Below the pieces are notes generated by a model that worked only from the letters and a program-made list of their open reading frames with translations, ran no database searches and was not told the origin of the DNA. A stretch of DNA of 36,028 nucleotides from Candidatus Margulisiibacteriota bacterium (GTDB taxonomy: Bacteria; Margulisbacteria; WOR-1; O2-12-FULL-45-9). Position numbers and translations under genes: made by a program. Where the stretch lies: NCBI GenBank assembly GCA_034723395.1, contig JAYEOW010000035.1, positions 1 through 36,028 of the forward strand, written 5' to 3'. Numbering within the stretch: position 1 is the stretch's first letter; each line of letters opens with the position of its first letter. Shown in pieces: positions 17,772 through 25,671 of the stretch.

Positions 17772-17780
17772 ATTTTACCA
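17772..17780 (-). promoter_or_regulatory. Extended -10 promoter, probably leaderless
   Basis: Minus strand reads TGG-TAAAAT-actatt-ATG(17765). Confidence 0.6.
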
Positions 17781-17791
17781 TAAAACAAAGT

Positions 17792-17821
17792 TAGACAAGC
17801 TCTGGGAATATTTGATATAAT
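17792..17821 (+). promoter_or_regulatory. Sigma-70 promoter of the sepF operon
   Basis: TAGACA (17792-17797), 18 nt, TATAAT (17816-17821) with a TG extension. Confidence 0.65.
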
Positions 17822-17862
17822 CCAGTTGGTTGATTCTGAATGCCTTGCCCGGGTTTGTAAAA

Positions 17863-17916
17863 GGACTTCGCCCTGTTTCGCGCTGAGTGCTCAGCACGAA
17901 GTGAGGGATTTGGTCC
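17863..17916 (+). repeat. Long imperfect hairpin in the sepF 5' UTR
   Basis: GGAC/GTCC, CCCT/AGGG and TTTCGCGCTGAG/CTCAGCACGAAG stems; ends just before SD AAGGAG (17918-17923). Confidence 0.6.
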
Positions 17917-17933
17917 GAAGGAGTGGATAAAAA

Positions 17934-18386
17934 ATGGTAGAAGATCTTTTTAGCCGCGCGAAGGCGTTTATCGGATTGGGAGAAGAAGAAGGCGGAGAAG
18001 AAAAAGGTTGTGCTTCGGAACAGCTGGATATGACCACCATTTTAAAGAATAAAAAGGAAAAAGGGGAGGGGGGGTATGAGATCGTTTTTTATGAACCGAA
18101 GGTTTATGAGGATTCATTGAACATTTCTACTCATCTCCGCTCCAACTCCCCAGTTATCATTAGCTTAAGACATCTCGACCCGGCAGAAGGGACCAGATTG
18201 ATCGATTTTGTCTGCGGGACCGCCTATGCGATCGATGGCCATATGATGAAATTGGGGGAATCGATCTTTCTTTTTACCCCCGCGGAGATTACCATAACTT
18301 CCACGGAGGACCGATCGTCGTTGGGCGAAGAATTGTCTTATGCAGGTTCGGGCGAAGAGAAAAGGGATGCTTTTTTTTCCCGCTGA
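17934..18386 (+). CDS. sepF: Cell division protein SepF
   Basis: EPKVYED, RLIDFVCGTAYAIDG and IFLFTP motifs. Confidence 0.93.
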   Translation: MVEDLFSRAKAFIGLGEEEGGEEKGCASEQLDMTTILKNKKEKGEGGYEIVFYEPKVYEDSLNISTHLRSNSPVIISLRHLDPAEGTRLIDFVCGTAYAIDGHMMKLGESIFLFTPAEITITSTEDRSSLGEELSYAGSGEEKRDAFFSR

Positions 18387-18405
18387 GAAAGTTTGAGGTA
18401 AAATA

Positions 18406-19200
18406 GTGGCAAGTATCGGATTTATCGGGGCGGGAAAGATGGCTGAGGCGCTGATTTCAAAACTGGGTTCTCCAAAAAAGATCATCGCTTCTGATATCAG
18501 TCCAAAACGCCTTAGTTATTTAAAAAAGAAATATAAGATTAAAACCACGCGTAGCAATAGCGAGGTCTTTACAAAGGCTAAGATTATTATTCTCGCAGTT
18601 AAGCCGCAGGACATGAGAGATGTGAGATGTGATATGAGAGATGTGAAGCGTGGAGTGTTATTTATTTCTATTGTGGCGGGGATCCCGCTTTCATATTTGC
18701 AGAAAAAACTGCCGGGAGTTCCGGTCGTCCGCGCGATGCCGAACAATCCTGCGCTGGTAGGGATGGGGGTAACGGCGGTCACAAAAGGGAAGGGAGTAAG
18801 CCGGGAGCAATTTAAAAAAGCGGAAGCAATTTTTAAGGCGGTGGGAGAAGTTGTGGAGGTAAAAGAGAGCTTAATGGATGCGGTTACCGGACTTTCAGGG
18901 TCCGGACCGGCCTATGTCTATCAATTTATCGAATCCCTGGTGCAGGGGGGATATGCGGTCGGGTTGCCCAGAAATATTTCAGCGAAACTTGCGGTCATGA
19001 CCGTATTGGGGGCGGCATATACGGTGTTAACAACAGGAAAATCGCCTTCGGAACTAAGGAAGATGGTTACCTCTCCCGGAGGGACGACGATTGAAGGATT
19101 AAGCGCGCTTAAGCGGGGAAAATTTTCAAAAGTGTTGATCGAGGCGGTATTAGCCGCCAGCAAGAAATCGAAAAAACTTAGTCATCAATGGACTTTATAA
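18406..19200 (+). CDS. proC: Pyrroline-5-carboxylate reductase
   Basis: GFIGAGKMA, LAVKPQ, RAMPN, GSGPAY and VTSPGGTT motifs. Confidence 0.97.
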   Translation: MASIGFIGAGKMAEALISKLGSPKKIIASDISPKRLSYLKKKYKIKTTRSNSEVFTKAKIIILAVKPQDMRDVRCDMRDVKRGVLFISIVAGIPLSYLQKKLPGVPVVRAMPNNPALVGMGVTAVTKGKGVSREQFKKAEAIFKAVGEVVEVKESLMDAVTGLSGSGPAYVYQFIESLVQGGYAVGLPRNISAKLAVMTVLGAAYTVLTTGKSPSELRKMVTSPGGTTIEGLSALKRGKFSKVLIEAVLAASKKSKKLSHQWTL

Positions 19201-19445
19201 TATTCGTTATAAATTTTTTGTTCTCTGTCTACTATATACTGTTGGCAATTCGAGCGATATTGCCCTGGATACCGCGTAGTAAAGAGAATCCGTTAATCAG
19301 GCCGGTTTATCTGTTAACCGAACCTGTATTATTGCCAATCCGCAAAGGGTTGCCCCCGGCGCGGATCGGGATGGATGTTTCACCGTTTGTTATTATTATT
19401 TTATTTTGGATCATGCACCAGGTTGTTTTGAAAGTTATATCTTAA
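19188..19445 (+). CDS. yggT: YggT/YlmG family membrane protein
   Basis: LTEPVLLPIRKGLP..GMDVSP signature; sepF-proC-yggT synteny. Confidence 0.9.
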   Translation: MDFIIFVINFLFSVYYILLAIRAILPWIPRSKENPLIRPVYLLTEPVLLPIRKGLPPARIGMDVSPFVIIILFWIMHQVVLKVIS

Positions 19446-19446
19446 A

Positions 19447-20361
19447 ATGTCAGTTCTAATTGTTGGATCAATTGGCTTGGATACGATAGAGACCCCGTTT
19501 GGGAAGAAAGATGGAATTCTGGGTGGGTCGGCGATCCATGCTGGAGTGGCTTCGAGTTTTTATTCGAAGACTGCGGTGATGGGGGTGGCCGGATCGGATT
19601 TTCCGAAAGATTATCTTGAGTTCCTAAAGTCGCGAGGGATCGATACCGGTGGGATCCAGATCCTTCCGGGCGAGACTTTTCGCTGGTCGGGTTATTATGA
19701 ATACGATATGAACCAGGCGCATACGCGGGATACTAAACTAAATGTATATACCCTTTTCGATCCAAAAATCCCGGAGCATCTGAAAAAGAGCGAATTTGTT
19801 TTTCTGGCTAACCTCGATCCCGAGCTCCAGCTGAAAGTTCTGGACCAGATGGAGAAACCAAAACTAGTGGCGATGGATACGATGGATTTCTGGATAAATA
19901 ACAAGCGGGAAGCTTTGCATAAAATAATAAAAAGGGTTGATCTGGTATTAATGAATGATAGTGAAGTGCGGCAGTTTATGGAAACTCCAAATATCCCGAT
20001 CGCCGCGAAAAGATTGCTTGAGCTCGGGGCTAAAACCGTAATCATTAAGAAGGGTGAGCATGGGGCGCTCCTCTTTTCGAAAGACGACCATTTTTCCGCT
20101 CCCTCATATCCACAAGTTATGTTGCGCGATCCGACCGGGGCAGGAGATTCGTTTGCCGGAGGATTTATCGGGTATTTGGCGAAGAGCGGAGATACTTCGA
20201 TGAAAAACCTCCGCCGCGCGGTTATCGTTGGATCGGTTATGGCATCATACAATGTCGAAGATTTTAGTTTGGATCGGATGAAGCGTTTGGAGAAAAAAGA
20301 GATTATTGATCGCTTTTTTGAGTTTAAGAAATTTGCGGACTTCGAGTCCATTTCTCTATAA
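19447..20361 (+). CDS. PfkB-family carbohydrate/nucleoside kinase
   Basis: GGSA, KKGEHG and DPTGAGDSFAGG motifs. Confidence 0.9.
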   Translation: MSVLIVGSIGLDTIETPFGKKDGILGGSAIHAGVASSFYSKTAVMGVAGSDFPKDYLEFLKSRGIDTGGIQILPGETFRWSGYYEYDMNQAHTRDTKLNVYTLFDPKIPEHLKKSEFVFLANLDPELQLKVLDQMEKPKLVAMDTMDFWINNKREALHKIIKRVDLVLMNDSEVRQFMETPNIPIAAKRLLELGAKTVIIKKGEHGALLFSKDDHFSAPSYPQVMLRDPTGAGDSFAGGFIGYLAKSGDTSMKNLRRAVIVGSVMASYNVEDFSLDRMKRLEKKEIIDRFFEFKKFADFESISL

Positions 20362-20374
20362 GGAGGAGATGTTT

Positions 20375-21025
20375 ATGTACAAAGATTTTAAAAGGATCGG
20401 TGAGTTACTGTTTAGGGAAGGATTGGTCGATTCCCATGGAGGGAATATGAGTGTCCGGCAGGGGGATAAGATATTTATTACCAAAAAGGATACTATGCTG
20501 GGGGACCTTAAAGAGGGGGATATCGTAGAAGTTGGGATGGAGCCAGGAGAGAATGACCGTGAAGCATCGCGAGAATTAATTTCTCACCGATCGATCTATA
20601 AGCAGACCAAGGCACAGGCGATCATTCACGCGCATTCGGCGAACGCGATCGCGATTTCCATTACCGACAATAAGATCATTCCGCAAGACGCGGAAGGACT
20701 TTTCCTTTATAAGGCGGCGTCGATTATCCGGGTCAGGAATGCAGTCGGGAGCGATGAAGCGGCGAGACTGCTCCCAGCTTTTCTTTCTGGGGAAAAAGGG
20801 GTCGCAGTGGTAAAAGGGCATGGGAGCTTTGCGACCGGCAAAGACCTCGAAGAGGCTTATAAACTAACTTCATCTCTGGAGAATTCGTGCAAGATTATTG
20901 TAGCGGTCAGGGCTTCCGGAGGCAAACCCGCTCCACGTAAAGAGAGGCATGAACCAAGGCATCTCAAGGGTGGGATTCCTCCAGGGCTTGGAGTTATGGA
21001 CCGCAGCCGCTTACGAAGGCGATGA
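20375..21025 (+). CDS. Class II aldolase/adducin-family protein (FucA-like); start reassigned to ATG 20375
   Basis: GGNMSVR, ASRE..SH, IIHAH and GHG metal-binding motifs; SD AGGAGG at 20361-20366. Confidence 0.88.
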   Translation: MYKDFKRIGELLFREGLVDSHGGNMSVRQGDKIFITKKDTMLGDLKEGDIVEVGMEPGENDREASRELISHRSIYKQTKAQAIIHAHSANAIAISITDNKIIPQDAEGLFLYKAASIIRVRNAVGSDEAARLLPAFLSGEKGVAVVKGHGSFATGKDLEEAYKLTSSLENSCKIIVAVRASGGKPAPRKERHEPRHLKGGIPPGLGVMDRSRLRRR

Positions 21026-22980
21026 AAGAGTCGGATAAACTTATAGAGAAGATCAAGGGATATAATCCCAAGGCTAAGGTTTCGATCGTCGAAAAAGCGT
21101 ATAAGTTTGCCGAAAAGGCCCACAAGGAACATCGAAGGCTCTCCAATGAACCCTATATTATTCATCCTGTTGCAGTTGCGATGATCTTAGCCGACCTTGA
21201 GCAGGATGTATTGACAATTTCCGCCGCCTTGCTGCATGATGTGATCGAAGATGCCGACGTAAGCCATGAAGAGCTGGAAAAAGACTTTGGTAAAGAAGTG
21301 GCGAAGATGGTTGAAGGGGTTACCAAGCTTGGCCAGCTTACATTTGTCAGCCGCGAAGTTCGCCAGGCCGAAAATTTCCGCAAGATGTTTGTGGCGATGG
21401 GCGAAGATTTCCGGATCATTATTATTAAACTTGCTGACCGCCTGCATAATATGCGGACCCTAAAATATCTTCCCCCGGTAAAACAAAAAGAGACAGCTCT
21501 GGAAACCCGTGAGATCTTTGCTCCCTTAGCGCATCGCCTGGGGATGTGGAAACTAAAATGGGAACTCGAAGACCTTGCTTTTGCCTATCTGGAGCCGGAT
21601 AAATACGAAGAGATAAAAAACAAGGTTGCCGAGAGCCGGGGGGCGCGGGAGAGTTATATCTACGAATTTATCGGGAAAGCGACCGAGATGCTGAAAAAGA
21701 TGGAGATCGAAATCCAGATCAAGGGGCGGCCTAAACATTTTTACAGCATTTACCGGAAAATGGTCGACCAAAACCTGGAGTTCGACGAAATTTACGACCT
21801 GACTGCAGTGCGCGGAATTGTCGAAACGATCAAAGAGTGTTATGCGGTATTGGGGGTTATGCACGCTGCCTGGAAACCGATCCCGGGGAGGTTCCGCGAT
21901 TATATCGCGATGCCGAAATCGAACGGCTACCAATCGTTGCACACTACGGTTATCGGTCCGGGGGGAAAGCCGGTAGAAGTTCAGATCCGCACCCAGGAGA
22001 TGCATAGAGTCTCCGAATACGGGATCGCTGCCCACTGGCGTTATAAGGAGCGGGATACCGATAAGGGGCTGGACCAGAAAATGTCCTGGTTCAGGCAGAT
22101 GCTGGAGTGGCAGGGAGAATTAAAGGATGCCAAAGATTTTATGGAGAGCCTTAAGATCGACCTTTTTGTCGACGAAGTTTTTGTCTTCACGCCGAAGGGA
22201 GATGTCTTTGGCCTGCCGATCGGCGCCACTCCGGTAGATTTTGCCTATCATGTCCATACCGAAGTCGGCCATCGCACCGTTGGATCGAAGGTTAACGGCC
22301 GCATTGTTCCACTTGATTTTAAGCTGCGCAGCGGGGATATTATCGAAGTCTTGACTGGAAAAAAGGATAATCCGAGTTCCGATTGGGTCCGTTTTGTTAA
22401 AACCGCCGGGGCCAGAGTTAAGATCCGCAACTGGCACAAAAAGCAGCGTGGAATTGATAAGGTAGAGGCTTCAAAGGCAATTATTGCAGAAGAAGAAAAA
22501 GATGTGAAACCGTTGTTGGTTCCCAAGCCCAGGGTGCGGGCCAAAGCGGCGGTCACTGTTTCTGGGTTAGAAAATGTTTTGATCCGTTTTTCAAAATGCT
22601 GTCGTCCGATCCCCGGCGAAGATATTCTTGGCTTTATCACCAAAGGGAAGGGGATCGCGGTCCACCGCAAAGATTGTATCAATATTATCAGCCATGATGT
22701 TGAAAAAGAAAAATTGATCCGGGTAGACTGGAATCCAAAGAGTGAGATGCTGTTTCCGATTGTTATTGAAGTGGAGGCCTTTGACCGGGTTGGGGTTTTG
22801 AAGGATGTTTTAGCGGCAATCTCGGATACAAAAACAAATGTCTCTGCGGCGAAGATTACTACCAAGCGAGGGAGCTCTGCTTTTCTCCTTCTTACGGTAG
22901 ATGTAAAAAACCTCGATCATCTAAACCAGGTCATAAAAGCGATCAAGTCGGTTTCTGATGTCTATGATGTCCATCGATAG
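21022..22980 (+). CDS. rel: Bifunctional (p)ppGpp synthetase/hydrolase Rel (housekeeping)
   Basis: HDVIED, KLADRLHNMRTL, GRPKHFYSIYRKM, YDLTAVR, RDYIAMPKSNGYQSLHT and EVQIRT motifs; TGS, CC zinc-finger and ACT domains. Confidence 0.96.
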   Translation: MKESDKLIEKIKGYNPKAKVSIVEKAYKFAEKAHKEHRRLSNEPYIIHPVAVAMILADLEQDVLTISAALLHDVIEDADVSHEELEKDFGKEVAKMVEGVTKLGQLTFVSREVRQAENFRKMFVAMGEDFRIIIIKLADRLHNMRTLKYLPPVKQKETALETREIFAPLAHRLGMWKLKWELEDLAFAYLEPDKYEEIKNKVAESRGARESYIYEFIGKATEMLKKMEIEIQIKGRPKHFYSIYRKMVDQNLEFDEIYDLTAVRGIVETIKECYAVLGVMHAAWKPIPGRFRDYIAMPKSNGYQSLHTTVIGPGGKPVEVQIRTQEMHRVSEYGIAAHWRYKERDTDKGLDQKMSWFRQMLEWQGELKDAKDFMESLKIDLFVDEVFVFTPKGDVFGLPIGATPVDFAYHVHTEVGHRTVGSKVNGRIVPLDFKLRSGDIIEVLTGKKDNPSSDWVRFVKTAGARVKIRNWHKKQRGIDKVEASKAIIAEEEKDVKPLLVPKPRVRAKAAVTVSGLENVLIRFSKCCRPIPGEDILGFITKGKGIAVHRKDCINIISHDVEKEKLIRVDWNPKSEMLFPIVIEVEAFDRVGVLKDVLAAISDTKTNVSAAKITTKRGSSAFLLLTVDVKNLDHLNQVIKAIKSVSDVYDVHR

Positions 22981-23015
22981 GCGGGCTGCCTCTCCTTTTT
23001 TCCTACTTCTTTTCG

Positions 23016-23024
23016 TGATATAAT
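23016..23024 (+). promoter_or_regulatory. Extended -10 promoter, probably leaderless holB
   Basis: TGATATAAT-ttagtt-GTG(23031). Confidence 0.65.
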
Positions 23025-23030
23025 TTAGTT

Positions 23031-23720
23031 GTGGATTCACGTATAAAGAAGATCCTTGATGGAATAATTGCTTCTGATCGGGTTGCGGGGGCGTATATAT
23101 TTTCGGGCCCTCCCGGCGTCGGCAAAAACGAAGCGGCCAAAGAATTTGCCAGCCTTTTGGGCTGCAAAAAACAAGACCAGATATTTATTGGCCCGGATGG
23201 CGCGACCTTAAAGATCGGACAGGTCAGAGAGCTGCAAGGCTGGGTCCGTTTTGGCCCTTCGGCCGGTAAATATCTGATCGCAGTAGTTTCCGGAGCAGAT
23301 ACGTTGACTGGCGAAGCGGCTGCGGCATTTTTAAAGACCCTGGAAGAACCCGCTAAAGGGGTCGTTTTCGTTCTATTAGTAGAAAGAGACGACCGGCTTC
23401 CGGCAACTATCCACTCCCGATGCCAGAGGATCATTTTTCCAGAAAAGGTCGTGACGTGGGAGGCTGATCCGGAGTTGAAAAGTTTCTACAAAGAACTGGA
23501 AATGATAGACCAAAAGAGTGTTTTTCGTTTTTCCGGAATACTTGAAAAAGAGAAGGAACGGATCGAAGATCTGCTCTATAATTTAGTATATTTTTCGAGA
23601 TACCAACTGGGGAAGATCGAGTTTGCAAGAATAATCCTGGATGGTTTGCGCTATATTAAAAGGAGATCGAACCTAAAATTAACGCTCGACGTAATGTGTT
23701 TGAGGTTAGCTGATGCCTGA
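23031..23720 (+). CDS. holB: DNA polymerase III delta' subunit (compact)
   Basis: AYIFSGPPGVGK, AFLKTLEEP and LPATIHSRC motifs; upstream of a PSP1 gene as in holB-yaaT. Confidence 0.85.
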   Translation: MDSRIKKILDGIIASDRVAGAYIFSGPPGVGKNEAAKEFASLLGCKKQDQIFIGPDGATLKIGQVRELQGWVRFGPSAGKYLIAVVSGADTLTGEAAAAFLKTLEEPAKGVVFVLLVERDDRLPATIHSRCQRIIFPEKVVTWEADPELKSFYKELEMIDQKSVFRFSGILEKEKERIEDLLYNLVYFSRYQLGKIEFARIILDGLRYIKRRSNLKLTLDVMCLRLADA

Positions 23721-24384
23721 TAAGAAAAGAAAACAATTTATGGCGATCAAGCTCCGTAAGTATAACCGGGTTTGTCCGATCACCGGTTATAAGGAAGATG
23801 CGATCAAAGTCGGGGCTCCGGTAGTGGTCCAGACCGACCGCGGGATCGAATTCGGTGAGATAATGTCTTATCAGGGAAAAAAGGCCAAGGCGAAAAGCCG
23901 GGATGTTAAGTTAAAGAAAGTCGTCCGCTACGCTACCCCGGAAGACATTGAAAAAGAGAGCAAGATCCCTGAGCTGGAAGATAAAGGATCGGAGATTGCC
24001 GCCCAAAAGGCAATGGAGCACGAGCTCCCGATCAAGGTTGCCGGCGTTGAATATCTTTTTGATACCGGCCGGGTTATTATCTATTACAAGGTTGCGGAGG
24101 GGAAGAAGGTAAAAAATTTACGGGACCTCTCCCGCGATCTCTCGAGCTCTCTGAAGGCGAGAGTGGATATGCGCCAGATCTCTCCGCGTGATGAAGCCCG
24201 GATAATTGGCGGGCTCGGTCCGTGCGGCCGATCGCTTTGTTGCTCTTCCTGGCTGGAGAAACCGAGATATGTTACGGTTAAAATGGTAAAAGAGCAGGGC
24301 TTGGCCATTTCGCCGACCAAAACCTCCGGGGTTTGCGGCCGCTTAATGTGCTGCCTTGAATACGAGTATAACAAAAAGAAATAA
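23713..24384 (+). CDS. ricT: PSP1-domain protein (RicT/YaaT family)
   Basis: RDEARIIGGLGPCGRSLCC and SGVCGRLMCCLEYE motifs. Confidence 0.9.
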   Translation: MPDKKRKQFMAIKLRKYNRVCPITGYKEDAIKVGAPVVVQTDRGIEFGEIMSYQGKKAKAKSRDVKLKKVVRYATPEDIEKESKIPELEDKGSEIAAQKAMEHELPIKVAGVEYLFDTGRVIIYYKVAEGKKVKNLRDLSRDLSSSLKARVDMRQISPRDEARIIGGLGPCGRSLCCSSWLEKPRYVTVKMVKEQGLAISPTKTSGVCGRLMCCLEYEYNKKK

Positions 24385-24401
24385 CGAGAGGAGGTATATT
24401 T

Positions 24402-24596
24402 ATGCCGAGAATTGAAATTAGAAAAGGGGAAAGCCTGGAAAAGGCTCTGCGTAAGTTCAAAACCAAACTGAGAATGGAAGGGACCTTGGACGAAGTGCGC
24501 GATCGCGAATTTTATGAAAAGCCTTCCCAGCGGAGGAGAAAGAAAAAAGAGGCCGCCGTACGAAGGGAGAAAAAAAGACGCAGAGACTCTGAATGA
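24402..24596 (+). CDS. rpsU: 30S ribosomal protein S21
   Basis: ESLEKALRKFK and REFYEKPS motifs; SD GGAGG. Confidence 0.95.
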   Translation: MPRIEIRKGESLEKALRKFKTKLRMEGTLDEVRDREFYEKPSQRRRKKKEAAVRREKKRRRDSE

Positions 24597-25669
24597 AGAT
24601 CCTGGATCGATACGTTATTTCGGAGATGATCGGGCCGTTTATGATCGGGGTGATCGGTTTTATCCTGGTTTTGATCGTCGATCTCCTGTTCACGATGGCC
24701 GACCTGATCATAAATAAAGGGGTGCCGCTGTTTGCGGTGGTTAAGCTTTTGATCTATAAGCTTCCCTCGATTTTAGTCCTTACTTTTCCGGTATCGACCC
24801 TTTTTGGGACCGCCATGGCGCTCGGGCGCCTTTCTAAAGACAGCGAGATCGTCGCTTTGCGTACTTCAGGGATAAATCTGATCCGGATCTCGGTTCCGAT
24901 TATTATCATAGGGATGTTGGTCAGCCTCCTCTCTTATGTTACCAACGAAAAAATAGTTCCGCACGCCAACTACGTTGCTTCAAACATCATTCGCCAGATT
25001 ATTTACAAGCGGCCGCTCCCTACGGTACAGAACAACGTCTTTTTTAAGGATGCCCATAACCGCTACTACTACGCGCGGCGGATCGACATGAAGACCAAGA
25101 CGATGGATAATATCATGGTCTACGAAGTGACGGACGATAAATTTCCGCGGGTCATCCTGGCAAACCGGGCGACATTCCAGGGGAGATTGTGGGAGCTTAG
25201 CGACGGCGTGGTCCATAAATATGATGCGAAAGGGTATCTTAATTACGAAGCTGCTTTTACTTACATGAAATTGAATGTTTCCGAAGATGTAATGAGCTTT
25301 TCGAAGAGCCGAAACCATCAAGAGATGGACAGTAATGAGCTGAAAAGCATGATCATGACCATGGACAAGGGGGGGATAAATACCGATACACTGCGCACGG
25401 AGCTTTATATGAAATATTCGATCCCCCTAACCTGTTTTGTTTTTGGTTTTATCGGGATCCCCTTTTCGCTGCCATCACCCCGCTCAGGAAGGACCTGGGG
25501 GATGGTGGTAACCATTGTCTTTATGTTTACTTTTTATGTTTTTGCTTCTGTCTTCCGTTCATTGGGGAAGGGGGGGGTGTTCCCTCCCGTGGTGGCTGCA
25601 TTTACTCCGCAGATATTTTTTACTATAATTGGTGTAGCGCTGTTGTGTCTGGAAAATAGGTATCGATAA
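24593..25669 (+). CDS. LptF/LptG family LPS export permease
   Basis: MKILDRYV, LSKDSEIVALRTSG, 3+3 TM layout with periplasmic beta-jellyroll. Confidence 0.9.
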   Translation: MKILDRYVISEMIGPFMIGVIGFILVLIVDLLFTMADLIINKGVPLFAVVKLLIYKLPSILVLTFPVSTLFGTAMALGRLSKDSEIVALRTSGINLIRISVPIIIIGMLVSLLSYVTNEKIVPHANYVASNIIRQIIYKRPLPTVQNNVFFKDAHNRYYYARRIDMKTKTMDNIMVYEVTDDKFPRVILANRATFQGRLWELSDGVVHKYDAKGYLNYEAAFTYMKLNVSEDVMSFSKSRNHQEMDSNELKSMIMTMDKGGINTDTLRTELYMKYSIPLTCFVFGFIGIPFSLPSPRSGRTWGMVVTIVFMFTFYVFASVFRSLGKGGVFPPVVAAFTPQIFFTIIGVALLCLENRYR

Positions 25670-25671
25670 TT

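Noticed and set aside
19695..20351. 218-aa antisense ORF, and similar shadow ORFs such as 22248-22865, 21553-22035, 12906-13364 and 33504-33965
   Set aside because: They lie fully opposite well-supported genes and show no recognisable motifs or translation signals.
20306..20374. Upstream extension of the aldolase ORF
   Set aside because: It overlaps the kinase 3' end; a strong AGGAGG supports ATG 20375.
22981..23013. Possible terminator after rel
   Set aside because: T-rich but without a convincing GC stem; better explained as the holB promoter region.
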